Shown here: positions 19,501 through 34,563 of the stretch, piece after piece
How positions within the stretch are numbered: position 1 is the stretch's first letter
Layout of the letters: the number at the start of each line of letters is the position of its first letter
Assembly (NCBI RefSeq): GCF_009914755.1
Contig: NC_060926.1
Source of the DNA: the human T2T-CHM13v2.0 reference genome, Homo sapiens
Direction: 5' to 3' (one strand)
Length of the DNA: 64,000 nucleotides
Notes under the pieces: generated by a model
Told to the model about the DNA's origin: nothing
What the model saw: the letters and a program-made list of their open reading frames with translations, nothing else
The model's database searches: none
Made by a program: the position numbers and the translations under genes

Positions 19501-19961
19501 CAAATGCCTGTAAGTCTTCTCAGGGTTTATGTCCAATTCTAAATAACTTTTTAAATAGTAATTACTCTTGCCTAATAAGCCTTGTTTCCTTCTTACTTTC
19601 CAAATTCCTTTCATACTTTATCAGGGCTTACTCTGACTCTTATTTCTTTTAATAAAACACTTAAATCTGACTAGTCATTAGCCACTTCTATGAAGTTTGT
19701 ATGGAATGAGTATCATGTCATTGTTCAAACTACTCCATCTTATAGCTTATGAATAAACCTTCTTCACTTATAAAGTGTACAGAATAAACTCATATGTAGA
19801 GGCTGAGAGTAAACACACATATACACACATGCTCATAGGGTAAAGAGCAGGACTCAAGAGCCAGGCTTGTTTGGGTTGAACCTTAACATTGTCACTAGCT
19901 CTATAACCTTGAATGAAGTACTCAGCCTTGCTTTGCCTCATTTTTCTTATCGGTGAAATGA

Positions 19962-20162
<201 letters not shown>

Positions 20163-21468
20163 TAAAGTTTTTTTGAGGTTTAGATTAGTGAATTAATGCA
20201 ACACACTTAAAATGGTGCCTGGCATACAACAGTAGTTATTGGTGTACGTGCCTGCACCCTGTCTTGTCATTCAGATGTTAACTGCAGTAACATTTTATCA
20301 CCACGAAGAGTGTTTTAATCTTACTCCTGTCCTCCAACAGTCAAATGATCATAAAACTGCATACTGATGATCTTTATTCCCTTGGGAACCAACATTCAGT
20401 CAATCTATTTTATTATTCTTTTTTTGAACATTATAGAAGTAATTTGTTAAGTCTAATTTACTGTCTGAAAAATTGATTAATCATAACATCTCATTCCTGA
20501 ATGAGCATGAGAGAGACCAGAGGGATTTATGGTAATAACTGCCTCTTTAGACAATATGGGACAGCTACAGGTTTTTAAAATTCTTCCCTCCTTTCTTTCC
20601 CACGGTCAGGGCATTTTTACCTCTGCTGTGAATAAAAAAGGTAAAAGTCAGGGATACAGCTTGTAAAATTGCACTATGACAACTCACAGGTGTAAATATG
20701 TAGGCTGCAGTGGAAATGACGTTTGAGTTCTATTAAAAGTTCATGTTAACCAATCTCTTCACTATTTCATACCCTCTGCTTCAATTTTAAAATAAAAGCC
20801 AAGATAATTTCAGTTGTAAAACAGTTTGTAAAGTAAGTGTAAAGTACTTTCTTAAGCAATTATTTGCTTCTGTTACATTTCTATTTAAACCTGTACATAT
20901 CACCCTTACCAACAAAGCATTGTGTATATACGAATTATTTGGAATAATCCTATTCTAAATCCTAATCTTATCTGAACTAGCGTTAATTATCAGACCATCT
21001 ACATACTACTGGGGAATGAAACAACAAAATAAAATTGTAAAGTCCTAACTAATTGTAATAATCATTTTACTAAGCATGTTTAACACTCAGAAGTACTTTA
21101 GCAGAATTCTAATAAGTACCTTCTATTAGTTTTAATTTTTGTTGAAAAGATAGATGGGGAAAAAAAGGAGTCAGTTTTTCAGTTCCAAGTGCAGTGGGCT
21201 TTTAAACAACATGGGTCTGAACTGCATGGGTCTACTCGTACACAGATTTAAAAATATATATATATAGTGGAAACTTTTTTGGGCTTCTGTCGACAATTTG
21301 AAAAAACTTGCAGATGAACTGTGTAGACCAGAAATATCGAAAAAATTAAGAAAAAGGTGTGTCATGAATGCACAAAATATATATAGTTACTAGTCTATTT
21401 TATCACTAGGATAAAATATACACAAATCTATTATAAAAAGCTAAAATTTATTAAAACTTATGCGTACA

Positions 21469-21771
<303 letters not shown>

Positions 21772-23134
21772 AAAACTTATGCGTACAGACTGTACATAGT
21801 GCCACCTGCAGTCAAGAGAGATGTCAAAAAATGTAAAGATGAAAAATAACTTCGTAAATTAACTCCAGTGCATACTGTAGTACAGCAATAACTTCTTAGC
21901 CACCTCCTGTTGCTGATGTGAAATCAAGTGTTGCTCCACTTAAAATAACATGTGATGTGAATTATCTCTGCTTGAGATCATTATCTCTGTCTCTCCAGTA
22001 AATTACATATCACAGGAAAGAGTAATCTCTTCTGATTCTTGCATATTTTTAATTGTTTTTAGTGCAATATTGTAAACCTTGAATAACACCATGGGACACA
22101 TACAAAGTGCCACTAGTGATGCTGAAAGTGCTTCCACGAAGCAGAAAAAAGTCGTGACATTACACGAAACACCTGAACTGCTTGATATAATGTAACCATA
22201 GATTGAGGTCTGCAGCTGCAGTTGCCTGCCATTTTAAGATAAATGAATCCAGCATAAGGACCACTGTAAAGAATGAAAAGGAAATTCATGAAGCCATCAC
22301 TGCAGTTACAGCAGCAGGCACAAAAACCTTGCATTTTTAGTGAAACTGCAGTACATATTGAAAATGTAGCCTTTATGTTGGTGCAGGACTCTAAAATGAT
22401 TCAAGAAAACGTGAAGTCAATATACGGCAACTAGAAGCAAAACGATCTAAAGCTGTATGATTTAATGCCAGCAAGGGTTGGTTTGATAATTATAGGAAGA
22501 AGTTTGGCTTAAAAAAATGTCAAGATAACAGAAGCAGCAGCTTTTGCCAACCAAGAGGCAGCAGACAAGTTCCCAGGTACGATGAAGAAAAATCGAGGAG
22601 AAAGGCTATCTGCCTGAAAAGGTTTTGAACCCTATTCTGGGGGGGGAAAAGCCACAAAGGACATGCATTAGTAAGGAAGAGAAATGACCACCAGGATTTA
22701 AGGCAAGAAGGAACAGACTAACTCTACTGTTTAATGCAAATGCTGTAGGGTTTATGATCAGGACTACCCTTATTTATAAAGCTGCCAACCCCTTGGTCTT
22801 GAAGAGAAAAGATGAGCACCAGCTGCCAATCTTTTGGTTGTACAGGAAAGCTTGGACAACAAGAACCTTTTTTAATCGTTTGGTTCCACCAATGCTTTCT
22901 CCTTGATGTAGGGAAATATCTTGCCAGTAGGGACTGCCTTTTAAAGTTTTTTCAATAGTGCACAATGCCCCTAGCTACCCAGAACCCAAGAGTTCAACAC
23001 TGAAGACATCAAAGTGGTCTACTTGCCCCAAACAGGTCTCTAATTCAGCCTCTACATCAGGGGGTCATAAGGACCTCTCAGGCTCATTATAAATAGTACT
23101 TTACGGAACGGATTGTCAGTGCTATGGAGTACAC

Positions 23135-23536
23135 TGTGGAGATAAAAGTGACTCCATCTTGTAGGCTAATCCTCTACACAGACTTCTGATTAGCCCCGGC
23201 CCCGTGAATGCCTCCTGGTTTTTACTTTATTTACTGCCCCTAGTATAAGAACAAAGGAACCTTGGTGCTAATGCACAAATTATAGGCTGTGATACACATA
23301 GCCGTCTTGCCTGTTTTTGAGGGTTGCCTTTCCCTATGGTATGTAAGCCCTGGGTCTCTGGAGTAGCAGTGTTGAGATCTTCCTGCCTTGTGGCTGACCA
23401 AGACCATGCTTGTGTCTCTAAGTTCTCCAATAAAACAGCCTTTACTGACAAATTGGATTTTCTGCCTCCTCCTTTGATTTTTCAGCTACTTCAGCATTTG
23501 GGGGTCACTTTGCATATGTGACCCTTTCACGGAACA
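23135..23536 (+). mobile_element. ERV1 solo LTR (LTR15-like) nested in Tigger2
   Basis: TG...CA ends (tgtggagataaaagtgactccatctt ... tttcacggaaca), internal AATAAA; interrupts transposase sequence. Confidence 0.75.
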
Positions 23537-25244
23537 AACCAGATAGAGAGAACATCATGAAAGTCTAGAAGAATTACACCACTGAGATGCCATCGTTGAT
23601 ACAGTAAAGCCACAAAAACCATCAAGGCTGAAACAATAAATTCCTGCTGGAGAAAACTGGGTTCAGATAGTGTGCATGACTTCACAGGCACCAATCAAGG
23701 AGATCATGAGAGAGATGTGGATATGGCAAAAAAAAAGGTGGGGGATGGGGATGAAGGATTTCAAGATATGAATCTTGGAGAAATTCAAGAGCTAATAGAC
23801 GCCACACCAGAGGAATTAACAGAAAGCAACTTGATGAAGATGAGTTCTTATGAACCAGTGCTAGAGGATGAGGAAGATATAGAAGAAGCAGCACCAGAAA
23901 ATGAACTGATGTTAGACAGTCTGGCAAAAGGGTTTTGATTATTCAATACTGCTTTTTACTTCATTTCTGACACGGATTCGTATATGGTATGGGCACTGAC
24001 ACTAAAGCAAATGGTGGAAGAATTGCCAACGTACAGATATTTTTAGAGAAATGAAAAAGCAAAAACGTCCGACAGAAATTACGATGTATTTTTGCAAAGT
24101 TACTGAGTGTTCCTGCCTTTCCTGCCTTCCCTTCCACCTCCCTTCACTTCTTCTGCCTCTGCCACCCATGAGAGCAAGACCAATTCTTTATTTTCCTCCT
24201 CTTCCTCAGCCTACTTAATGTGAAAACGAGGATGAAGACCTTTATAATGATCCACTTCCACTCAATGAACAGTAAATGTATTTTCCCTTCCTTATGATTT
24301 TCTTAACATTTTCTTTTTTCTACCTTATTGTAAAAATACAGAACAGATTAAATGTAACACACAAAATATGTGTTAATCAACTATTTATGTTATCAGGAAG
24401 GCTTCCTCAACAGCAAGCTATTAGTAGTTAAGTTTTGGGGGAGACAAAAGTTATACATAAACTTTTGAGAGTGTCAATGGGCATGTGCCCTTAAACTGCA
24501 CATTGTTAAGGGTCAACTTTACACATCTAACATTAAACACATGAATGTGTCATCTCTTCACTAGAACCCTTTCATTTTCAAGATCAACTGAGCAACTAAG
24601 ACAAATCTAGACACACCATGAATGAGGTATTAAGAAGTTGGGCAGCCCAGTTTTGTAGCTTTCTTTAGAGTCATGAAGTAGAAACAAAGACATACAATTA
24701 TGGGGTTTAGTATGAATTGATGCATGGTACAAATTGGAAACTTTATAATTTTGCAATAGAAAATAAGGGTTTGGGAGAAAGCAGAAAAGAATGGCAAGTA
24801 ACTGTTTAATAAAGCTACAAAAATAGTAATGTTTTACAGTATTAAGTTTAGAATCAATCGCTAGTCCCTTCTAGATTTAAGTTACACTTAGCTCTAGGAA
24901 AATTATGATTCGACATTCCTATAATACTTACTTTCTGTGGCAGGCTTTACGCAAAGACTTACTGAATGAAAAAAAAAAAACACAAAACTTTAAGGTGTTG
25001 TGAATCAAAATCCAAATCAATCTCCCTGGAAACAAAGAACAGATAAAATATTGCTTGGAAAATTTCAAAATATTTTATAGACACTGGTAAATTTATCCCC
25101 CCAAAAATCCCCCAAAAAGTGAACAGAAGAGATCCTTTAGCAGACATAAAAATTGAGGCTCACTGTCCAAATGCCTTGTGCAAAACATAGAAGTCAAGAA
25201 AAAAATCATTTTTCTTGTTATATAGAAGTTACAGCAAAGACTAC

Positions 25245-25714
25245 TAGGTCTTATCCCAAAGTTCACTCTCCTCTTCCTCTATTAACAGAACCCAAGCTAA
25301 AAGACTGCATTTACTACCCTTCCTTGCTAACAAGAGTGACTACGTGACTATGTTCTGGCCAATGCAAAGTAAGCACAACTGAAATGTTGAGTGGGACTTC
25401 CAGGAAGGCTTTTTAAAGGGAGAGCATGCATTAATGCATTCTTCTTTGCCTCTTCTTCCCTCCAGCAGCCTGAAAAGCTGATGTAATGACTGGATCTTCA
25501 GCAGCCACCTTGAGCAAGAGGTAGAAGCTAGAGGCTGAGGAATGATGGAGCAGAAAGGAAGGAGCTGGGGTTCCTATTAACATCCTGAAGCTACACTATC
25601 AGGCCTGGACTGACCAACTCTTTCTGGCCTTCTTTTACAAGAGAAAAATACAGTTATTTAAACCACTATACTTCTGTTTTCTTTTTTGGGGTATAGATAA
25701 CTGAACCTAATCCT
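25245..25714 (+). mobile_element. ERVL solo LTR (LTR16-like)
   Basis: gtgactatgttctggccaatg...gggacttccaggaaggct...tttaaaccact...ctgaacctaatcct. Confidence 0.6.
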
Positions 25715-27237
25715 GTCCCAAATCCTGATCCTATCTAACCAGTGTTAGCTATCAGCCCATACGTATACTGGAGAATGACGTTTAACAAAATAAGATGTTA
25801 AAGTTCTAACTAATTGTAATAATCATGCAGTTTTCTCATGCTGAACAAAGTTAAAGAAATATAATGTGTGTTTCCTAAAGAGTGTCATTTTTTGGAAAGA
25901 TAACATGGGGCACAAAGTAACATAAAAATCTACATATAATTATGTAAACATTGCTTTGACATACAACACCAAATATTTTTATTGTATTTGTGAATGCATT
26001 TCTTGGTAATAAAACGGCAGTTATGAATAAGTGATACTTGGAAAGCTATAACATAATGGGAGGAGAAGGTATTAACACTGTGATTTTATGGGGTTGAATC
26101 AGTTTTAGTTTCTTATACAACTCAGAGCTTTACGTTATTTAGACTGTCTAAACACTGGCGCAAGGTAGCATTTTACTTATCAAAACACTGGAGGAGGCAG
26201 TCTATTTTATGTGGGAATAATAGCTTTTTAACAGTGTTCGATTAGGAGACATTAGGAACCTTGCCTTGAAAACCATTAGCAAATTTATCTAGAAGATTTT
26301 ACGTTACATCTTAAAACAACCAGCTGCTAAGGACATCCTAAACTGCTTAGTATGCCAATTTGCCTCAGATGCTTGCCATATAAGCTGCTTTCAGGAGTCA
26401 GCAATGAGTATCATAGATACTTGAGGATAAAAGGTTGAAGGATATTGGCATTCAAAGATGAAGCCAGAAACCCTGTACAGCCAAAAAAATTAAACTTGCA
26501 TTTTACTTTGGAGTGAAATGTCTTTGCTATTTCCAAAGTTTTTAACTTTTGGGTTCTCAACTAGCCCTAGCAATATAAGGGCCTGACTAATGACTCTTCC
26601 CAACATTGTCAAACTTAATTCAAACTTGAAATCAATCCCCTTTTTTTTCCTCCTAAAGCAAAGTAACTCACAATAATAATATGAGTACATGTGAATGGCC
26701 AATTTAAAAGTTTAAGTCATTCTTTTGTAATCAGTACTAGAATTAACTAGTGATTTTTTTTTTTGGCAAGGAATAACAAAATAATAGAAACTCCATATAT
26801 ATTAGAAAAAGATCTGTAAGTTTGAGCCTTATATATTATTACAATGTGGCAATCAAGAGGAAAACTCAAGACAACTGTGCGCTGTGCTTGTCCTGTTTTG
26901 TTCAAACCACGATAATTTTAAATAAATAGTAATGTTCAACATTCACTGATGACATTATCTATCAACCACATCACACCTGGAACACAGTAGATAATAAATG
27001 GCAGCTGTTATACCTTCCTTCTTGAAACAAAATCCTGTCATTTCATTCTCATTTTAACTTTGTGTTAAGCTTCTACAATCCATAAAAATGATAAAACAAT
27101 AAAATGGTCCAACATTATCTAGTCCAGTCTTATTTTTACAAAACATTGACTTTAAAAGTCCCTGAGATTTTAATTTTACTGGTTTAATCTGTCTTCCCTA
27201 CCCTTGTTTAAAAAAAAATAGAATCATGTGTCATTAT

Positions 27238-27460
27238 TGGTTGAGTACCCGTTATCTGAAATCCTTGGGACAAGTGTTTTGGATTTCAAATATTGAAATA
27301 TTTGGCTTATATTTACCAGTTGAGTATCCCAAATCTGAACATCGGTAATCCTAAATGCTCGATGAACATTCCCTTTGAGTGTCACATCAGAGCTTAAAAA
27401 GCTTCAAATTTTGGAGCATTTTGGATTTCAGATTTTCAGATTTGGGATGCTCAACCTGTA
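27238..27460. mobile_element. Tigger4a/MER46-like MITE
   Basis: ggttgagtacc...ggatgctcaacctgta inverted ends and ttttggatttcagattttcagattt. Confidence 0.75.
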
Positions 27461-27798
27461 CTAAAGAGGAAGACTAATAAGAGATTGCTATTATTAATAA
27501 ATTTCTCTCAGAAAGCTTTCAAACTGCAGTCTGTAGATCACCATCTGCATCAGGACCACTGATGGCTATAAAAGGCAAATTCCTGGGTTCTGCTCAAGAT
27601 CTACTGAATCACAATCTCTGCTATGAGGCCATTTTTATGACAAATTCCACTCCTTAAACTCAAATTAAAATTCCCTGGATTGCAAGCTTATTCCTCCTTG
27701 CCCACTCTTTAAAGCGAATGGGAAACACTGAGTCTCTAGACTATGCTTTCTTCCAGATTACACAGCTGTCTTTTGTTTCTCTACATTTGGTAAATTAA

Positions 27799-28127
<329 letters not shown>

Positions 28128-28741
28128 TCTTCTTTGATTTTTCTCTTTCTCACCTTTTTTTGACATCAATGCACTGTTTCTTCCTAAACCTCCTCCAGCC
28201 TCTCAATGATTGAGATTGGCAATGCAGCAATTGCAAACCAAACAGCAATGACCATATGGGAGGATTAGTTCATGGAAGTAATACTTTACCCTGTATGGAT
28301 TCCTGTATGGATTCCTGTTACGGGTTAACTTTTTAAAACATGCTTCTGGACATATTTTATTCCTGAGATCAATCCTCATTACCTCCGCTTCAGGCATTGT
28401 ATTTTGGAACTCTTCCCAATTCTTCCCACTGAAATTACATCTGCAAATTAACTATGTAATATTGAAAATCAATTTTTCTCCTCACAAGTATAGCAGCCAT
28501 CCAAATGTCAGGCATGAATTACATGAATATGCTTACCATGCCCTAAATTCAGGGCACTATTAAAAACCCAGAAGATACCATGGTTGGTTGGGTTGAGGGC
28601 ACAGCACTCTCCCAGAAGCAATTACTCATATGCAGATGCAGGAAGCATTTAAGGGTGTACCATTCAGACAGACAGCTCTCGGAAAAATGCTCTGGCTCTT
28701 AAGCACAATGCTTATGCCAGCTCACAGTCAGCACTTCATAC

Positions 28742-28859
28742 CTGCCCAGCCAGTGTAACCGGTGCCATCCCGAGGGTCTGCTGATTTCAGGCCTCTCTCC
28801 ATTTGCTGAAGAAGCTCCCGAATCTTATTGGTCAAGCGTTGTGAGAACTCAGGAGTCAG
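28742..28859 (-). CDS. LANCL1: LANCL1 second coding exon (LTPEFSQRLTNKIRELLQQMERGLKSADPRDGTGYTGWA-G)
   Basis: Manual translation of the minus strand; AG acceptor at 28861-28860, GTATGA donor from 28741; 118 nt, in frame with both neighbours; contains the LanC-type YTGWAG repeat motif. Absent from the ORF track. Confidence 0.97.
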
Positions 28860-29863
28860 CTAGATATTAAAGGAAAACAAGTATCAAAATAATGTGGGTC
28901 ACCCAGCTTGCTGGACTATAAGCTATCAAAGACAGAAAGGTATTTCTTTTCCACTTAGGACATATTTTTCCACCTGGAAGACTAAACAATTTATTTTCTA
29001 TTCTTAAACAACAACATCACATTAACAAAATTTATAAAATACCGTTGTAACTTATACATGTTTTAAATAAAATTTTTAGTTAAATACTAAAACAGACTGC
29101 CAATGATAAACTGGCTCACAGTAATTTTCCACCTAATAGTAATCGTCTATTATTTAAACCAATATTATAATAAAGTCTTTTTATTAAATTAAGCACAAAT
29201 CAGATGTTTGGTGCTTTCAAACTACTGGATTTTTAGTATTCAAGCTGCAGCAAGGTAAATTCCCTAAAGAAACATCTAATTGCTCTTATTTAAAAAAAAG
29301 GATTTAAAAAAAATGAAGTAGCCAAAGAAAAGCAAAACAAATTCATGTATATCAAGAGCCTTAAGCAGAATAGAAAGAATATCAAACTTAGCATCATAAA
29401 CCCACGTCCAGCACAGTGTCTGGCAGAGAATACGGGCTTCACAAATGTTTCTCAATGAATGAGCCTGTCTACATCCTTACCCGCTATTAGCTGATCTTGC
29501 TCAACTCATAACTTCTTTATGTTTCAAATACCTCCATAAAGTCAGGATAATAATAACTGCCACGCCAATTTCAAAAGGTACTTTGGGGATTAAATGAGAT
29601 AGTGTATCACAAGTCTTTCTCATTCAGGGATGTAAATGTTGACATTTTTACTAATTCTTTAGCAGATCAAGGGTCTAAGGCAAGTAATAGTTTAGATATG
29701 GATTGAAAATACACTAAGGCTGGGGCTGTGGGGTTAGTACCACCCATATGAAGGTCCACAGATGCTGTGCAAACAGTGAGGCTCACACAATCATTACGTT
29801 ATTCTTCTTAAAGGCAAATGAAAAATAATTTTAAACTTCTGCACACACTGAATCAGTGTCTTA

Positions 29864-30265
<402 letters not shown>

Positions 30266-31216
30266 TTAAAATTTCAGAACAATGTGGGGGAAAGTTACAA
30301 GGGTATAAACATTTTATTTTACCATGTAAGGATTGTAGAAATAAACCTAACCACTCACATCAGAATCTCATTTTTAAAAATGAGATAAAATCTTAACACT
30401 GAAAACAGCAAGAAGGCAGTATCAGAATTAACAACAACAACAATAGTTTAAGGATACGTTAAGATTCACTTCGGAGGAGCATCCTTGATAAGGCAAATCA
30501 GACTTTCAACCACATCTGGATTATTTAATCTAAAGCACCACTATGATCCCTTATTTCACTCTTTAGAAGAAACGACGTTGTTTGACAGACACACTCCCAT
30601 TATTTAACAATTTCTGCAAAGAGGTTAAGATTTCAACTAGACTTGAAAATACATTTAGTAGGATAAAATATACTTCAATGTTAATACAAAAGGCCTATAA
30701 ATCTCAGCTAGATAGAAGAGTGCATCTATATTGAGAACACGTCATCTACTGTATATAGATCATATATAATTTATCATCTTGCCTGGCCTTCAAGAGATCA
30801 AGAATAATGAGAATCTCTCAGCCTTATGAAGGGAAGTTACTTTCTGTTTGGCACATTCTGCATTTAATAAAGGTGACCTCTGTGAGAATATTGATTGCTT
30901 GTGGTACACCACCAAATCATTCAAACTCTAGCTATAATCTGAAGTCTCTAAAAGTCCTTTTTTCTTTTCTATTTTTTTCTGACAGATGCCAGAAAACAGA
31001 CCAGTTCCTTACTGAAATCTTGTGTTAAGAAATTAAGGAGGACAGATCTCCAGGGTTTGATCCTCCGTGTTCAACATTACACAATTTTAGAACTGGTATG
31101 CTACTTCCTTTCTAGGACCTGTCCAAAAACTACGTTAGGCAATAAACTACATTATTACTCTTGGGTCAGGGTTTAAATTTGTGAATTTTTCCCCTTAGAA
31201 ACAAAGGGTTAAATTT

Positions 31217-31519
31217 GGCCCGACATGGTGGCTCACACCTGTAATCCCGGCACTTTGGGAGGCTGAGATGGGTGGATCACTTGAGGTCAGGAGTTCGACA
31301 CCAGCCTGGCCAACATGGTGAAACCCTGCCTCTACTAAAAATACAAAAAAAAAAAAAAATTAGCCAGGTGCGGTGGTGTGCACCTGTAATCCCAGCTACT
31401 CAGGAGGCTGGGGCATGAGAGTCACTTGGGCCTGGGAGGCAGAAGTTGCAGTGAGCCAAGACTGTGCCTCTGCACTCCAGCCTGGGCTCAGGGTGAGACT
31501 CCGTCTAAAAAAATAAAAA

Positions 31520-31555
<36 letters not shown>
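31217..31555 (+). mobile_element. AluS with (AAAT)n tail
   Basis: Full-length Alu; TSD aaagggttaaatt. Confidence 0.92.
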
Positions 31556-31556
<1 letters not shown>

Positions 31557-32126
31557 AGGGTTAAATTCATAAAAAGCATTTACTTTATAGGCAGTCTAAA
31601 TAGGTACATTTTATTGAAGGTTTCTGTCACTAGGACAATCCTCAACTGTTCTCTTTGCCAAGTCAGTATGAAGCAGCAAGTCCTCCTCCCGCAAGACAAG
31701 ACACATACTTCAGCTTGAGAATCTGCACAGCTAAGCAGAATGCAGGCCCAAATGGCCAAAGGGAATCCATCTGACCTGAAGATAATTATAAAAAGCTTTG
31801 TTTGGGCAGCTTAATACTAGTCTTAAAATAATCAGATTGACTCAAACTCCATATACATTTTGGTAGCCTTCTACCCTACACCTCTTCTTCATCTCTTTGA
31901 TTCCTCCTACCTGCATTACTGACCCAAGTTAATCTATAATGTGACAAGTGTTTTAAGGAAAAAAACAACCATCAGACCCACAGATTAATTTGACAGGGAT
32001 GAAATCTGTAAGGCCTTTATATCACATAAAATGTCTTTTGTATGGCTGACAAGTTTCAAAGAAATAAACTGGTAAAATTTTTAAAGCGTGTGCCTTGTTT
32101 CCAACTTAACTCATTTTCAAAACTAA

Positions 32127-32427
32127 ATTTTATTTTTTTATTTTTTAGAGACAGGGTCTCTGTCACCCAGGCTAGAGTGCAGTGGTGCAATCATAGCTCA
32201 CTACAGCCTCGAATCTCCTAGGCTCCAGCAATTCTCCCGCCTCAGCCTCCCAAGTAGCTGGGACTACAAGCTTTCCACCATACCTGGCTAATTTTAAAAA
32301 AAATTTTAGTAGAGATAAGGTCCTGCTGTGTTGCACAGGCTGGTCTCAAACTCGTGGCCTTAAGCAATCCTCCTGCCTTGATTTCCCAAAGTGTCGGGAT
32401 TAATGGTGTGAGCCACTGCACCCAGCC
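32127..32427 (-). mobile_element. AluJ
   Basis: gcaatcatagctcactacagcctcga, aagcaatcctcctgcc (J-type). Confidence 0.9.
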
Positions 32428-33111
32428 AAAAGTAGGTATTCTTAAAAATATCTGTATTCCCTCTTAACAATTATGTTCACCCAATGAGGCATGAGAAAAC
32501 ACAGGCCCCTAGTATTTTACATCCAGGTTCTCTTTTGCACAGTGATTTGTGACATGCTAACCAGTTTAATTTACAAGTTTCTTTTTTTTTGTTTTCCAGC
32601 TGTGGATATGCCCTGTGGAGTGACACCGGTACAAAGAACTTCAGGTTTCCTAGGTCCCCAAATTCTCTAAGCACTAACAGTTTAAAGACGTCCTTACCAT
32701 ACACCACCGTTTGCTCTCATCATTACCCTGAACGCACTTGTGTATAATCACAAAGGAGTAACACGGCACATGTGAATACCGTTAGGATTCTTCACCTCTT
32801 TTTAAGAAGCAAACCAAAATACATTAAAAAATGCCAATTACATAGTAAACTACATATTTGCCAATTTTTAAAATTTATACTATCAATAATTGAGTTTATT
32901 TCAATTAATAATGTTAACAATGACACATTTAACATTATGTTAGAGCTCAATTTGTATATATTAACATGTATTTTTAAATAATTTACGTATTTATCGTCGA
33001 ATCATGTATTTTTTTTAAAGGGGGATGCTCAACTCTCTCAGGCAAAAATGAGCACCTTTCCGAACACCGTGGGGAGAGGCAGGGATGCAGGCAGACATAT
33101 CCTAAACTCAC

Positions 33112-33192
33112 CCTCCCGGCAGCATCAAAGTAGCCTTCGGCCAGGGATTTGTTATAATCAGCATAAGGATTCGGGAAGGCCCTTTGAGCCAT
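33112..33192 (-). CDS. LANCL1: LANCL1 first coding exon (aa 1-27, MAQRAFPNPYADYNKSLAEGYFDAAGR); exon begins at 33208 with 16 nt of 5'UTR
   Basis: Translation matches the human LanC-like protein 1 N-terminus; acceptor ...ctgcAG| at 33210-33209; donor |GTGAGT at 33111-33106; 81 coding nt, phase 0. Confidence 0.97.
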
Positions 33193-33416
33193 GACGCCGG
33201 AAGCAAGCCTGCAGAACAGGGGAAAAACAGAAACTAGGTTGAGATAGGGGCCTCGGCCGAGTTGCGAGGGCGGCGGCCGGCGCCCAGGTATCCCCCTTCC
33301 TCCAGCTCCAGGGCCATCGAGCCGTCTCGGCGGTCCGAGTGGACCTCGGGCCCACTGCGGCCCAACTGCTAGGACATGGCGCCTTCGCGAAAAAGCTGCC
33401 AGGGCCCTTAACCCAC

Positions 33417-33560
33417 CCGGACAAAGAGGCCCCGTTTTGCAACCCCGTTCCCACGCCCGCGACTTGAAGCAAGTGCGCCTCCCGCGTCCTGAAGCCCTTC
33501 TCGGCCCTGGCCTCTCACCCCGCAGCCCCGGACAGTAACAGAAGGGCTATTTTACCGCCC
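33417..33560 (-). other. LANCL1: Candidate alternative non-coding first exons of LANCL1 (donors after 33519 and after 33417)
   Basis: Minus-strand donors GGG|GTGAGA (33518-33513) and CGG|GTGGGT (33416-33411) inside the CpG island, upstream of the exon-2 acceptor; TSS cannot be determined from sequence. Confidence 0.6.
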
Positions 33561-34474
33561 AGTTCCTGCCAGGAGGGCCAATCAGAGCCTTCGCCGTTCC
33601 CGAGACCCGCCCCCTTCTCTCTTACAGTTTGTTAAAGACACAGGCGTGTAATTTCTAAAGGATAACGCAGGGTATTTTAATTACTGGGTAGCAGAAGTGA
33701 GGACCTAGAATCACGCGGAGATGTGACCAATATTTCCTACCCTTCTTTAATTTTTCTTATTTTTAAAAAGTCAAATTTAAGTCCAGAGTCATAAGAAGTA
33801 TATATTTTTTTAACCTGGAGAAGAAACAGACTGCTTTTAGATCTGAACATGCTGGTATTTCTGCTGTTCGCAATAGATAAAATTTGGCGGGGGGTGGGGG
33901 GATAATGTCTCTCCAGGGACTTGCCAATCTTTTCTTTTCATTTCTTAAAACAAACAAACAAAAAAGCACCACCATCATTAACAACAACAACAACAAAAAT
34001 ATGCCCAAAGGACAGGATATCAAATAGCAGTTGATAATACTTTGGGGAAAGCACATGAAAACACAAATTACAGCTCTTAGGAAATTTATTCTGTTCCTTA
34101 GCCTAAATTGGACTATAATACTGGATAACAAAGCTCTAAAAAATACTGAAAACCAACACAGCAGGAGATCCACAACATTCAATTTCAATGTTTTAACAGT
34201 CCCTGCTATCTGAAACATTTTTCTTTCATTTAAAATTAAATCCCACCTGGTACATATTAGGCCCATTCTATTGCTCAGAGAATTTTGGAGTTCAGTTAAA
34301 AAGTCAGCCTCACTCTCTCCTTTTCCTTCTCTCCGGTTTCAATGAAGAGTCCTAGCTCCAGACCTCCAACTGGAGAAGCTCAGTCTCCACCCCAACTCCC
34401 TCCCTCCTTGGCCTAAGTTTGTCCTTCTGAGGCTGCCATCCCAAACTCTACTCCTAATCCCTCCCCACACCCAG

Positions 34475-34563
34475 GTTTGCTCTTTTAAAATAGTTGCTTT
34501 CTTAGGAAATGTAGTTGCTTTCTTAACCTCATCAAATTCATGAAGATTTAGCCGAGGCCCATG
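34475..34563 (+). other. CPS1: Probable far-upstream exon of CPS1 (long isoform); only the terminal ATG (34561-34563) would be coding
   Basis: Strong donor CCATG|GTGAGT at 34564, about 1 kb from the LANCL1 promoter; from established knowledge CPS1 is divergent from LANCL1 and has an N-terminally extended isoform from a distal exon. No other CPS1 coding sequence is in the window. Confidence 0.65.

Larger units (their letters stand above)
33060..33720. promoter_or_regulatory. CpG island / LANCL1 promoter, probably bidirectional
   Basis: Only GC- and CpG-rich non-repeat stretch in the window; NF-Y box GGCCAATCAG (33576-33585), GC box CCCGCCCC (33606-33613), ETS-like CCGGAAGC (33197-33204), YY1-like ACATGGCG (33374-33381). 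Confidence 0.9.

Noticed and set aside
23672-23938. Acidic 88-aa ORF as a domesticated TIGD gene
   Set aside because: C-terminal remnant of the Tigger2 transposase; the upstream frame is disrupted and interrupted by an LTR
28290-28317. 12-nt tandem duplication cctgtatggatt
   Set aside because: Simple slippage duplication in an intron with no functional cue
33763-34266. 167-aa minus-strand ORF upstream of LANCL1
   Set aside because: Low-complexity L/F/V-rich product of T-rich and (TTG)n sequence; no recognisable domain
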